In this document: one piece after another, positions 1 through 12,719 of the stretch
How the letters are laid out: each line of letters starts with the position of its first letter
Position numbering within the stretch: position 1 is the first letter of the stretch
Assembly (NCBI GenBank): GCA_047967505.1
Contig: CM106538.1
Reading direction: 5' to 3' (one strand)
Source of the DNA: Dipteris shenzhenensis
Taxonomy: Eukaryota
Length of the DNA stretch: 64,000 bases
Program-made: the position numbers and the translations under genes
Notes under the pieces: generated by a model
What the model saw: the letters and a program-made list of their open reading frames with translations, nothing else
The model's database searches: none
What the model was told of the DNA's origin: nothing

Positions 1-1437
1 ATATTAACTGGCATGTTACATGTCTTGCCTTATTTCACCTCCTTATGTACTCATTTCAAATGCCGATTAGGCCCTCTATGTGATCCTTCATTTCATACTC
101 CGGCAACACTTGTTCCCAGGCAATGATTACACAAGTATTATTGGCACATTATATGCATAGGGAGTCTTGGGAAGATCTAGTCCCCTCGTGTTCCTTTTTG
201 TCCTTTTCATTGAATTGCAAACCCATAACATTAAACCGAGATTTGATTTGCTTATGCTGTGTACATTTACGTACTTCAAACATTTCACAATATTTTGTCA
301 ACTAATTCATTCAACGTCATGTCACATTTAGACTGGAATGTAACACCCTAGGGTTTGGAGAATTTGTGTAAAACCTAAGAATGTTCCTCTTTATTGTTGT
401 AATCAAAATGAAGTATGGAAGCTGAAAGCGATCCCTGTTAGACTTCCATTTCACTTACAATCATAATATGAACTTTGCTTCTTATCCTAGACTGATGCAT
501 CATGTTCCTTCAATACTCCTCAAATTGGAGAGTTTTAGCCTGTAGCCTATAAGAGAAGATTTTCTATTTTTACGCTTTTGGGTCAATTTTCAATTAAGGT
601 CCTGGAAAGATTTAACGTTGATAAAAAAAGATTAATAATAAGCATCTTTTCAAACTTTAGAGAATTTTTATTGGTAAGATCTTTAAGCGAGAACTTAACA
701 TTGCATTCAATTGAACTTTTGCTAGGGAAGTTTTTAGATCTCAAGTTCTTGGCTTTTAAAAGTTCTCTCAGTCTAAGAAAAGAGCTTATGATCACTATCT
801 TTACTTATCCTGATCTTGACAACATATTTTCAAGTTAATTATTGGATTACAAGAATTTGGAAGCATTCTGAGGTTGCTTGGAAGTATGTGAAAACATGAG
901 GACAAAAGGCTTATTTAGACATTGGTAGAAATCTTATAGAGTATAGAAAGCAAGACTTACTTTGATAATAAGTTTGCTTCTTTTGTTGAAAATTCTTCAG
1001 GATGTGTTATGACTCCAAATACTTCAATCCTTTGTTGCTTTTCTAACAAAATTTTTCCTTAAAAAAATAAAATCTGACTTTTTTCTTCTAAGTATTCATG
1101 CCTATTTAAAGCCATAGAGATGATATCTTGTGTTGCTTGAGCAATTAAAATATTAGAATTAGAGAAGGGGAAAGGAGGGAAGTTGGTGGGAAGGGGAGGA
1201 AGAGCAGCACAAATGGATTGTTTTCAAGTGCTTGGAAAAAGTTAGGTGTTACCGGATGGTAGGATTGAGACTCTTGGATTAGTAGGAAGGTTGAGAAGCA
1301 TGGGCAAAGAGGCATGGCAAGGAATATGAGTTAGCATGGATTCAGGAAAGAAATGGAGGATGTTACTGGAGTTAGGGAGGGATGTGATAAGATAAAAAAA
1401 GAAAGTGGTGAGACAGGGGAGATTCGATTGAAGGTAG

Positions 1438-2477
1438 TGTTAGAAATCAACCCAACAGAGGGTACACACAGCGGAAGACTTATAGTAATGCCCAAGAGCT
1501 CACACAGTGTGCTGTGTGGGTGTGGAATCACAAACTTCTTTACTTATGTGCATTCAATAGATGTGCAGACTCATCAATAGACAATGAACCGACCAGATAG
1601 AGAAACACCAAAATATATATATTTCCGTCTAAAACTATGGACACAATACAAAAGAGACAGATCCAGAGTCCCACCAATGATGTGGTCCTCTGATCTTACC
1701 ACAAGGTCCTTCTCCTATTGGCTGGCTATCTCTAGACTCGAGTCCGCATGCTCCACCTCGAGCTTCTGTAGACTTTCCGTCCAGATGCCTTCCACCTTGC
1801 TGTCTTTGCACCAGCCTAGGTGGGCAGCTCTTCCAGCTCTCAGTCTGCAGCTCCTTGTCACCTTCTTCACCTCCTGATATATAGGCCCAAGAGAGGTATC
1901 CTTGGCTGCTCCAATCTGCTGGTTCCTGCTGCTGCAAGTGATGCGAAGTGAGGCCTCAAGGACCTCCTTTTATAGGGCCCCAAGGGCTGATAAAAATACC
2001 GACCAGCCTGCAGCAGACTGGCCGACCAGTCTGTGGCTGGTCCAGCCCTATAAGGGCTCACAACCCGGGGCTTTTATGGCCCAAACTTCCAGGGCCTTTG
2101 GCCCTCCATTCAAGGCAGGGGTCCAGCCTATATAAGGCATGCCTTCTGCCCACTGATAGCCATATTTGCTGCACCACATCTGCGCCTGCACATCCTGCGC
2201 CTCTGCCAGGCCCTCTCCCAGTTCCGTACAGAGCCGTACACCCTGTAGATGTCAGCGTCATGTGATTGCTTTTTATTCCGGGTTCCTTGTGCCGGATACT
2301 GCTTTGCCTTTTGCTGCTGCAGATCCATCCTAGCTCCAGGTACCCTCCATCTCTTTGATTCTTGCCCACATGGCATCCAATCAGATGCCCATGTGACAGA
2401 CACTCAAACCCTAGGTTCACCCCCCCCATGCTCTCCTCATATGGGGGCTTACAGATGGGGAGGTGACCTTTCCAACA
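1438..2477 (-). mobile_element. Solo LTR (1040 bp) with perfect 5-bp TSD
   Basis: Termini are TGTTAGAAA...TTTCCAACA. GGTAG lies at 1433-1437 and at 2478-2482. Carries the CCCCCATATGAGGAG motif near its 5' end on the minus strand. Confidence 0.85.
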
Positions 2478-3953
2478 GGTAGACCACATATTCTTCAGGC
2501 AGGCAGACCTTTGTCAGTTTTTGAAGGCATTGTCAGCTTCAATGTTGGATTTGATGTGGAATTACATCCCAAGGAGGTTGATGGTGCTTATTGCAATAGG
2601 GTTAGAGTCTGGCTACTACCCAAGGAGGAGGACTTCCCCTCAAGCATTCATATAGAAGAATTGCATCAGGTTTTATTTGTATGAGGTTTGCATGCACTAG
2701 GAGACAAAATACTTTTCACTCATCCTGATCCATTTTCTGGCTTAGATTGTGGAGAGTCTTTGTGCTCACTGGCCTGGTCCAATCAAGACCAGATATTGCA
2801 TGTAGCATCTTGAGTTGCAAGTGTTTCCACTAAATGCGAACTCTTCCTTCAAGATGATCCTCTTGCTTAAGGACTGTAACAAGATCTTAGTATCTAGAGG
2901 AACTGATATAAATTTACATAGATAAGGTCCAATTGCACTACCCATCCTATCACAAATGTAGTAGGAGCATTTGTCAACCCAAAGGACATTTCTCAAACTG
3001 ATAATAACACTTTTGAGTCCTAAACCCATTCTTAGGTACATGATGTATACTGACTTAATGATATCCAAAACATAGGTCTATTTCTCTAAAATACTCAGCT
3101 CCTTGTAATCAATCAAAGAGCTCATCAATCTAGAAAATTGGTTACTTTTATTTACTATAATTTTGTTTAAAGCTTTACGCACATAGACTGATCTTTCCTT
3201 TTGACTTGGAGAACTAGGACAGCTAGGGCGATCTACTGAACTGCATCTATCGTTCCTTAAGATAATCAGTCACTTTCTTCTCTTTTGTTTCACTTAAACG
3301 GGTAATTAACTTTGGAATAGAAGTATCTCTTGGGACTAACCCTATCCTACGACCTACCACCCTCTCATGAGGTAAACCATCAGTGAGATCCTCAAGAAAA
3401 ACAACTACAAAATCATGTAAGCAAAAATTGAACCATTTTATACATTGATTGAACTTAATGCGAAAAACATTCATAATGATACAAAGAAATATTATACATC
3501 ATTGTGCTGGATCAAGAGCTGTAACTCCATACAAGTGATGCAAGGGCAATTAGACATGTCATGCTCACCTTGAAGTTGAATCAACAGTCTATCCTTCTGG
3601 GAAGTAATATAGTTATTTAAGTGACTCCTATAACTACAAACTAACGTGCACTTAGAATCTACTCAAGCAAGACTCTGCCTATCAATATTCAACTGCAAGC
3701 CCAAATAGACAGTAGATCACAAACTCAACCAAATAGCCATTGGCAGCCCCAATTGAATGGCAAATGAGTTGCACATTGGACTTGCAAGTAGTCATCTTGA
3801 GGGAATTGTTACATCGTCATGTTTGTTAAATTGCTCATGATGCACATGTGTAAACACCCCTAGTGGTACCCACCAATACTTTTGCTTAGTTCTATCGATT
3901 ATGCACCTCAATTAGTGTTAGTGTATGTAGGCCCAATCACTCAAGTTTTGATT

Positions 3954-3966
3954 GGCTCTGATACCA
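3954..3966 (-). promoter_or_regulatory. Primer binding site (initiator tRNA-Met type)
   Basis: GGCTCTGATACCA is the reverse complement of TGGTATCAGAGCC and lies next to an LTR-like CA end. Confidence 0.8.
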
Positions 3967-4136
3967 ATGCCTTGCTACACTGCCTTGCTACACAAGACTT
4001 CTAGATGCACAATTGTTGCCATCCCCAAGCCTAGTGGCCACCTTATATTTGTGTGTTAAGTCCACTGAGAACACATAACACACCTAGGAGTTGCAAGCTA
4101 GCGTTAGCTATATTAGTTGCCGTAACTAGGGATAGC

Positions 4137-5155
4137 GGGGACGAGCATTTTCTGAGCGAAATCTTCCGAGCGTCCGAGCGAAGGAAAAAAAAAGCTTCCA
4201 ACTATGCATAAATATGGCTAAAATCGATCAGAAGAAAACATAGTTTCACTTAGAAATATGCAAAGTATTATAGCAATGCCTATTTTATAAAAAAATCTTT
4301 AGGTGAATCTGTAGAAATGGTGAGAGCATAATGGGATGGCTTTTGAAGAAACCCACATGTAGAGCAGACTTCTCTATGAAAATTCCCTTATGATCCTTCT
4401 TACAACTTTTACTTAATAGGGGGTGACATTGAAAACCCTCTCTCAACCTATCTTCATGAAAGAGTTTCTTCAAAGAAAACTCATTGAAGCAAGCCATCCA
4501 GGTAGTTTCGCCAGCGAAACCCCTTTGAAGCAAGTCTCCCAAGGTAGTTTCGCTAGCGAAACTACCTTGGACAGCACTTTTAAAAGTGACATAACTTTCA
4601 TATCCAATGTCCAAATATAGTCATTCAACCACTCAAATTGATCGGAACACCCCATTTGAGCACATCTATGGAGTTATATTTTAGAAAATCTCTCATATAT
4701 AGTATTAAATATTACATGTATTTTATGAGAGTGATATATAAGCCCAAGTTAATACTTATTTATAGTAATTTAAACTTCTTTAGAAACATGTCCATAAATA
4801 TGCTATAAAAACACTAAAAAGATATTGCCATATGATATAAATGTGTTAATAAGTAATTATATATGCATAGTATTATTACATTGAGAGTGATTATGAGGAA
4901 TGTTTCTTAAAGGAATCAACACTTTTTAAAGGTAATAACAGGGGTAAAAAGGGATGTCTCTAAATAAGAAAATTATGTTGTGTAAAAATGAATGAGTGAC
5001 TAGTCTGTATATTTTTATGATAAAGGGATCTAGTTCTAGTGAAAATAAAAGTATAAAAACCATGTTTCCTAAAGAAAAACATTTTTAAAAATCTCTTGAA
5101 AAACACGCTCGGATAAACCTGCTCATAGGTTTTTGCTCGTAAAATTGACGCATCC
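4137..5155. mobile_element. Non-autonomous Mutator-like (MULE) DNA transposon, 1019 bp
   Basis: 9-bp direct repeat AGGGATAGC at 4128-4136 and 5156-5164. G-rich start and CC end. Imperfect TIRs share ACGAGCA/TGAGC/CCGAGCGT motifs. Interior is AT-rich and non-coding. Confidence 0.7.
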
Positions 5156-6168
5156 AGGGATAGCTAGCCTCCTTGTTTATTGTCTGGTGAAGGTCTACCC
5201 TGCATTACAACCTTTGTAACAAACAGAATCCATCTCTTAGTCCTCAGGGGCTAGCATTGCCTACCTCTTCTAGTAGGACAAATGACAAAATAATTAAATG
5301 CTACATTTTAATGGAAACGGATGTTCAATATAGGATAAGTTAAAAGGATACCAAAGGAACAAAGAATGAAGACTATTGCAGCTAATAGCTTCAGTCCCAA
5401 GTTTTGCATCAAATGTCAATAGAATAGATTTAAGAAACCCTAATAATGAAATATTATTAGTGAGGTAAGGTGTAGAAAGAGATTCTAATACATGCAAAGA
5501 ACAAGAATCTGTTTTGAATCAGAATGTCTGAATGCTCGATCCATACAATAGGCTTCTCTCTTATAGAGAGTGAAGAGCTACACTTGAAAGGGCAGTGTGT
5601 GCCCCTTGTAAGGGCGTGACCCCTTTTGATAGGGTGTATAAGTAAAAGTGTCCTCTCTATGAAACAGTCTCCCTTGCATAAAGCATCAGTTCTTATGAAG
5701 GGTTGTGCCTTATTGCAAAATGGCATAGCTTGTCACGAGTGTCCATCCATCAAACCATTTGTAAGTCAAAGGTTAGGAAAGAAATCTGTCATGAATCATT
5801 ATCATGGTTGGTGCTAGAAATACTTCAGTCTGCCAAGTGAGTTGTATTATGTTTCAAAGATTTGTTTGTGTATTTAAGGAAAAAATTAACTGTTGTTGAA
5901 TGTGGTCACATGTGAACGATGGAATACAAATTTTGTTGTTGTTTCAGAATTCTGACTGAGATTGGCCCCATCACAAGCTTATTATTATTTGAGAAATGGC
6001 ACAATCATGAAAACATAAATTTAAAAGGGGAAAATGGTAGATCCGATCTGTTTCAGAGGTTCCGTTTTAGACTTGTTATACATGTGATTTGGTCTTTTTG
6101 CTTTTAGAAGAAGCAAGGTGGCAGTGCAAAAATGAATTGTAGAAGAAGTGTTTTTTATATCTTGGCAG

Positions 6169-6265
6169 ATTGAAACTAAGAATGGACTAGGATCTATTGT
6201 TGGTGGTGCCCTTGTTGAAGAAAGAAGACGCTCTGCTCAAGAGACCTCTAAGCGTGATGTTGCAG
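6169..6265 (+). CDS. QTRT2: Queuine tRNA-ribosyltransferase accessory subunit 2, first exon visible in window (IETKNGLGSIVGGALVEERRRSAQETSKRDVA)
   Basis: cttggcAG acceptor and GTaga donor, 97 nt. The phase-1 end joins in frame to 31896. G.IVGG...EERRR.A.E...R is typical of plant QTRT2. Earlier exons were not found in this window. Confidence 0.85.
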
Positions 6266-6482
6266 GTAGATCTAATATTTGTGTGGCAAATTTTGTGTTC
6301 CTACAAGCTTATTACTGAGAAGCATGTCAGAAGAACGCCATGCCCGTTCCTATGAAGAACTAGTGCTGTCAGCTTGTGTTCACATTTTCTTCTTCTTGTT
6401 GCATCTTTGTTATGATTGGGAAGTAATTATTTCGAAATAGTCACATAATGAATCAGGAATGCAATATATATCAGAAAAGCCC

Positions 6483-7390
6483 TGTACTATAGCCCTTAAA
6501 CACTAGCCAGACTGAGTTTACACTTAACAGAAGCCAACCCGGTTGCCAGCCCAAAAATGGTAGGGAGTATATTTGAGGGTTAATGTATAGAATTGTTCTC
6601 CATATCTAAGAGAGGAGCTTCTGCTTTTACACAAATGTGCCATATGTTGGCTGCCACATGGGCAGCGTGGTGTTCACCTTTGGGCAATACAGTAGCTGCC
6701 ATGTGGGCAGGAACAAGACTGCCTAATGAGCAGCGCCTTAGGCTGCATGTGAGCAGCAAATCAGATTAGATCTGGCTGCCACATGGGCAGCAATGGAGCT
6801 CGGCCGTTGGGGGCTGAAAGGCAGAGCCAAATGTGGAAGAAGACTCAACCAATTTCACCTGGGGTCGGCGGGCTGAAACAAGGCCTGGTAGACAATCATA
6901 TGGTTGGCCATGGGGCCTGGATCAGGTGAGTGGCATGGCAGTGGATCAGGGCACCTTGTGGGGTTGGGCAGGACAGCCAGGTTGGCCCTCTTAGGGACTT
7001 TGTCTGCCTGCTAGGGTTCAAGTTGGCGCAGCCAGCCCTCACTCTATATAGAGGTCTCATTCTCCTCTACCAGTGAGCCACTGAAGCCCTCAAGAGGCAC
7101 ACGGCAAGGGGACAGCAGGAATAGGAGCAGTCCACCGCTCTTTTTGTCCCTCTGTTTGGTATGTTAGTTTGGCTGTAGTTAGGTCAGCTCTAGGTTGCCC
7201 ATGTGGAGCTCTTCTAGGACAGTTGCGTACCTAGTTTGATCCAATGTATTTGTATTTTGGAGCATGGGAATGAATCTATTTTGTTGCCCCCTAGTACCTC
7301 TGACAAGTCAAAGTCTGAGGGTGGTTCTATGTATTTCCAAGAAAATGTTTTTCCAGTGCTAATATGCCATAAAATCAGTATACCCTTTCA
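6483..7390 (+). mobile_element. LTR-like sequence (probable solo LTR; boundaries uncertain)
   Basis: Repeated GCTGCC(ACAT/ATGT)GGGCAGC motifs, a CTATATA box at ~7044 and a T-rich U5-like segment. The same motif occurs in the LTR at 35860. No TSD was found. Confidence 0.4.
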
Positions 7391-7819
7391 AGCTTTGATG
7401 ACATTTGCAGAAGCAATACCACTATGTAAATTCCCTTGTGGCAATCCAGCACACATATAGGGAAGCATCATTTCTCCATTCCAGGCCAGGTAAACCAGCA
7501 AAAAAAAAAAGATAATGTACTGTGTCAAAAGTACTATGGAGCTAGGAAACAGTTTAGAAGTTGAAGAGTTCCAATTCGGCTTCGTCTCATGTTCAGGTTA
7601 TGTGCAAGCAGGTCTTAGTTGTTTGTCCAGCTAGTAGTAGAGAATTTATTCTTCTTGACTGAAACTTGCACTGTGTAAATGAAAATTCTTCATGCGACCA
7701 AATTTGTCATTCAATTTTCAGCTTATCTTGTCACTGATGGGTGGTTACAGCCATAATATTTTACATGGTACAACCTGATCTCCAAGCTCCCACAACCATT
7801 ATCTTTAGATGGAGAAAGC

Positions 7820-8700
7820 TATTGGAAAATTGATGCTTCACCTTTTGGACTTCCACCTGGATCGATAGGCCCCCATATGAGGAGAAGCTAGGAGGAATGT
7901 GTTACGTGAAAATTGGATCCATCTGCATCCTACATACAGCCACATCTCACATGAACAGGTAGGCAGATGATGTGGCAGCAAGGAGGGATGCCCATGTAGC
8001 TGTTTTGCGATCTGCTGCTGATATGGCAGCCATGCTGATGTGGGCTGAAGCTGCTGATGTCACAGCTGCATAGATGATGTGGCACAGCCATAACTGATTC
8101 TGGCATTTGTACACAATTGACAGATGATCAGCAGTCCACATCGCAGTGTACTGATGTGGCACGCTGTTAATTGGCCACATGTCAAGCCGGCCGATGTGAC
8201 AGGCTGAGCATGTCAGTTAGGCCACATGGCAGGGAGGCCTAGTCCTAGACCTGATTGGTCTATTGTAAACGCTGAATGGTGGTGGCGCATGCTGGTTCCT
8301 CAATTTGTCCTGTGGCCCTTTGTTGGTCCGGGTGTGTGGGGCAATTGCCTTTTCTAGATAACCAGAGGGGTGTGACCCTCGTTGAGCGAATGTGAATCCT
8401 TGTGAAGTGAAAGCATAGTGTGGGGGCAAGGAGGAAATGCACAATGTAGAATGAAAGGAGGAACTGAAAGAGAGAGAGGAAAGATGTGCAATGATTGGAA
8501 TCAAGCCTCTCTTCTATTACTTGGACAGAATGGCAGCAGTCGAGTACACGGCCGCACTCCACACACACCAGTTGCCTGAGATCTCAAGCTTAGTAAGCAC
8601 TTGGGCATCACTTCACTCTTCCCATCTTAGGAAGGTGCATAATAGGAGCAATTGACTCGAGTAGTAGGAGGGTGTGGCTACTCGTTAGCTTCTACTTCAG
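7820..8700 (+). mobile_element. Degenerate LTR (starts TATTGGAAAA, probably a mutated TGTTGG)
   Basis: Contains GCCCCCATATGAGGAGAAG at ~7869 and ATGTGGC repeats, like the other LTRs in the window. The 3' end and TSD were not identified. Confidence 0.5.
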
Positions 8701-8859
8701 CTTATTTAGGCAACATCTATTCAGATCTACTTCTTCACTTGCTTCTTCTCCATGTGTGTGAACTATTTTGGAGCTCGATTGCTTCCACGGTCTTGCATAA
8801 CTGCATAGCAATTTCTCTTGGAAAAGCTCCTAAAGGCATAAAATATTCCAGCCCTTTAG

Positions 8860-8995
8860 TGTAGTCTCTACAATCATGAAGTTACTCTTTGAGTGACCCT
8901 GTTCAAGTAACGCCTATACTCCTTTGCTCCATTTGTAGTCTCTATGACCATGAAGTTACTTTTTGAGTGGCTTCGTTCAAGTAACTCCTATACTG
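8860..8995. repeat. Imperfect tandem duplication, period ~74 bp
   Basis: TGTAGTCTCTA...CATGAAGTTACT...GTTCAAGTAAC.CCTATACT occurs twice. Confidence 0.8.
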
Positions 8996-9021
8996 GTGGA
9001 GGAGCTCTTGAGCTCCTGCAT

Positions 9022-12000
9022 GAAAGAAAGAAAGAAAGAAAGAAAGTTTATTAAAGTCTTCAGAAGACCGATGGGTCTATGAGACTGTGAAAATCCAAGT
9101 ACAAATGAGCTGTGGTAGTGGAGCTACTAAACGAGCATCCACACCAATGCAAAATGCAAAATGCAAAAATGCAGAATGGTAGTACTGAGTCCTAAGTACA
9201 ACATAGTCATGTCAATGGTCGACTATAAATCAACCTCAGCATCATCATCAACATCCTCATCATCATCATCAGCAACAGGACATCAGGGTGGATGAGGCAA
9301 TGGGGGCATGAAATCGGCAATAGAGTGCTGTCATCCACTCAAAGGTGCAGTCGTGGCACGTCTCCTGGTTGTAGCTCTACGTCTAACTAGGGCTACTGTG
9401 ACCCCCGTCGGTCGGGCTCCGACTCTAAACAGGGAGGGGATGTCCCCAAGTGTGATCTGTGTGTCGATCCTCTGTCTAAGCTGTCGGGTCACAGGCTCCG
9501 GGTCATGGTCACGTTGAGGCCTCATCTCGTGGAGGTCCATGTGATTTGGCTGAAAGAACTCCGTGATAGAGCTCTGAGAGGGATTAGCCAAGGAAAAAGT
9601 CTGCTCCTGTCTTTGTGCTCGAAGTATCCTCTCGTGGTGTCTGAGTACCTCATAAATGAATCCTGCGAAACACCGTTGGTCTAGGTAGGAGAGGAATCGG
9701 GCCAAAATCCCATAGCTATCTCTGAAGACGTAGAAACACCCTCGGATCTCATAGTAAACAGCTTTGCTCTGCCGCTCTCTCGATACGAAGTCTGTGTGAA
9801 GAGACCCGGAACTGCCCAAGAGAGATCCTCGGTGAGTGGGGTAAGTAGATCTGTGTGTATCCTGGTGGGTCAATGAAACCCTCCGCTGTGATATGTAAGA
9901 AGTGATCTCTGTAGAAGCTAAGCTTCACTGGGAGTTCACTCGGTCCCAACCAGGTCCGAAACATGTGTAGCTGTAATAGATCCTCACGGATAACTTGGTT
10001 GACCGTGTGTGATAGGAGGGGAGAAAACGGAGCATCCATGCTGTACTAGAAGGGAGGTAGTCTATCCATGTGGAGCCCTAGTTGCTCAAACCATTCTCTG
10101 TGCGTGCATACCAGCACCTCCGGTCCCCACCTATTGCAAGTGCCATAGAAGAGGATAGAGCTAGCCATGGTAACCTGCTATGCCCAGAGGTGTAATCCCC
10201 ATACTCCCTGACTCGGTAATGATATGGTGAGGAACATATGGCTGACCACGGATCATCTGTGATAACATGAGAACCTGTAGCCGCTCCACACGGGCCCACT
10301 CTGTATCCGACAACTCTCGCCCCCAACATGGGTTGCCGTACTATCAAAGACTCTATCTCTTGTTCACGAATCTCTATTCCTACGTTGACACAGATCACGG
10401 GCGATGGCATTCAATTGTTCCACCCAGCCTAACTCTCGTGGATCCCGATATTCGAATTCATTCGTTCCTTTATTTTTCTCATGCTTATCCACGAGACCCT
10501 TATTTCCCTAGATAGTTCTCCTTGCCAAATGTCATCATTTTAGCCTCTCCACTTGGTGCACCTTTTTAGCCCTCTCTTGGGCACATTTAAGACCACTTGC
10601 CCCTTGGCATTATTGCACATTTAGGTGCACCTAGGCCTTAGCACTCAGAACTAGCTAGTCAATGCCATATCACCCTCACCTAGGACCTTGGCAGTTACTT
10701 CTCTTGACCATTTCAATTACGCACATTAACTATTACAAAACTTGGTCATCTAAGAGAAAATGCCCACCGATCTTTCCGAGGTCATGCTATCTCGGCTAGA
10801 GCATAACACGTACATCCCCGCTGGGCGGACCAAGGAGTCAAAAAGCAACCCCTTGGTCCGCGGATCCTAAAAGTGCGAGTGGAAGCACTACCTCTCTAGT
10901 GTGGCCAATGAAGCATGTCCTTTGTTCAAGCGTGCCTGCATCGTGGGTCTCATAGTGAAGATAGGTCCGGAAAAGACAACCCCAAGATAGGTGTATGATG
11001 AAATTATCTCAACGGGTTACCCATCAAATGTGAACTGCTCTTGATGCATGATGGCTCGAGATGTATTGAAGATCATGACCTTGGTTTTACCTAGGTTGAC
11101 CTTCAAATCACGAGACTCACAAAAGGACTGTAGTGCGTCAAGGTGTCTCTGGAGCGAGGAAGATAAGAGAGCCACGTCATATAAAGCAATATCTGGATCA
11201 GCGGACCCGTAAACGGTACTCGCGTAGCGTATCTGGTTCGCTCAGAAGATGATTTTTGGTTTCGAATCTGAGCTGATGGCGTAAAGCCTTACACTCATCA
11301 TCATACCATCTATTACAGGGTACGGTCCCAAGGGGTGGTGGACGGGTGGAGCGGGTGGTGTGGGGGAAAGCGTGAAGGGCAGCCTCGTGTAGTGAGCGGT
11401 TGATCAGGGCAGCACGATCATCTAAAAGGGGTATGAAGTCAATATAAGCGAGAAGTATGTACAGACGGCCAGAGTAAGTAGGTGAGTGATCGGGGTCAAA
11501 GAGTATATCATGGTAGGTGGAGTGAGAACTCGGAAGGTGCTATGCAACGTCGAGTGAAGATGCTAAAGAAAGATAAGTGTGTGTGAGCCCTTGGAGGGAG
11601 AGGTGCTACAGTGAAGTCAATGATGTGAGATGTGAAGGCAAGGGATCCCATGATGTAATCAACAACGCTAGAGTCTCCCCCATGTGGAAAGCACGTAAAA
11701 CCACCTGAGGTGGGCCATTTGTCAAGACCATTATAGATAATGAGATCATGCATCCTGCTGAGGTCTAATATGGCCTGCCCATAAGATGTGAATGGACCTC
11801 ATCTGTCAGCCGAAACCCATAGCATACCTGCCTCCTCAAGGTCAATGTGTGGCAGTAGAGTGGAATCATTTCTAAAGTCGAGGAGTGGTACTTGATGGGC
11901 ACCTGTCCTCGCGTTGAAGTCCCCGACTAGGAGGACTTCTCCGCGGCTAGAGAAGTCAATAATGGACTGATAAAGAGCAGCAAATGGAGATGTCTCATCC

Positions 12001-12350
12001 TCACCTCGGATATCTCTGGCAAAGTGGTAGGTCTCAGGGGGAAGTAGCAAACTGCAACAAATAGATCCCGGCTGCCCGTGTGCTGAATCCAGATCCAAAG
12101 AAACCTGGAATGTGCATCTCTCTGCTCTATTGAAATGGTCCCCAAAAGTGTGGATTTGCAAAGGACTGCAACTCCACCTGACCCTCGAACCCCCCCTGTA
12201 TCCCTCGTCTCATCTCTGTAGGCAAACTCCCATGTGTACATGCTCACTACTGGAAGTGGGCGCTCTAGACTCTGATGTGTCTTTATAAAAGACTATGTCG
12301 TGACCTGTATGGGATTCTGAGAAGTTCCCTGGTTTTGACCTGGTTTTGAC
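9022..12350 (-). mobile_element. Degenerate, internally deleted non-LTR retrotransposon of RTE/RTEX-like type
   Basis: APE endonuclease motifs GSGGVAVL, LLVGDFNARTG and SVVDYIMGS (11500-12250). RT tail LKVNLGKTKVMIF, YTYLGV and FDSLVRPAGMYGNPCWG. C-terminal LGQFRVSSHRLRIE. AATAAA (9047-9052) followed by a (TTTC)6 tail (9022-9046). Confidence 0.8.
10342..10808 (-). mobile_element. Solo LTR (467 bp) inserted in the RTE-like LINE
   Basis: TSD CGTAC at 10337-10341 and 10809-10813. Starts TGTTATGC on the minus strand; the other end has mutated to TA. Removing it restores LVRPAGMYGNPCWG. Confidence 0.8.
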
Positions 12351-12719
12351 CATAAGGTACTCTTCCTCTCCACTCCCCCTCCTTCCTCTTGAGTCCCCCC
12401 CCTCCCCCTCGCCCCTCCTGCTATGGTCATCCTCACCACCCGTCCTCCTTCCTCCGCCTCCCCCCTCCACCCTCCCCGTCCTCCTCCCCCTCCTTTGCAA
12501 GTTGTTCAGCCTCCCCTCCCTCCCCTCCCTCCCCCTCCTTAGCAAGTTGTTCAGCCTCCCCCTCCTCCCCTCCCTCCCTAGGACCTGCATTGACTCCCTT
12601 GCCAGCGGGAAAGGGTAACGCAGCGCCTGCTTCTGCTTCCTCATCGTAGCATCCCATTCCCTCTCTCCATTCGCGGGGGAGCCAGAGGGAAGGGGCTCGT
12701 CCTCCCGATCAACAGCTCC

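Larger units (their letters stand above)
440..5280 (-). mobile_element. Highly degenerate Ty3/Gypsy LTR retrotransposon, interrupted by a solo LTR (1438-2477) and a MULE-like element (4137-5155)
   Basis: Minus-strand remnants: VFLEDLTDGLPHERVVGRRIGLVP (pre-RT, ~3330-3400), EMSFGLTNAPTTF (RT, ~2955-2995), and IGYRLKL (integrase C-term-like, ~530-555). tRNA-Met PBS TGGTATCAGAGCC at 3954-3966. Probable 5' LTR at ~3968-5280 starting TGTCCTACTAG. The left boundary is approximate. Confidence 0.65.

Noticed and set aside
1-6168. Upstream QTRT2 exons
   Set aside because: I could not find the expected N-terminal motifs between splice sites. They probably lie before the window, although a very short exon could have been missed.
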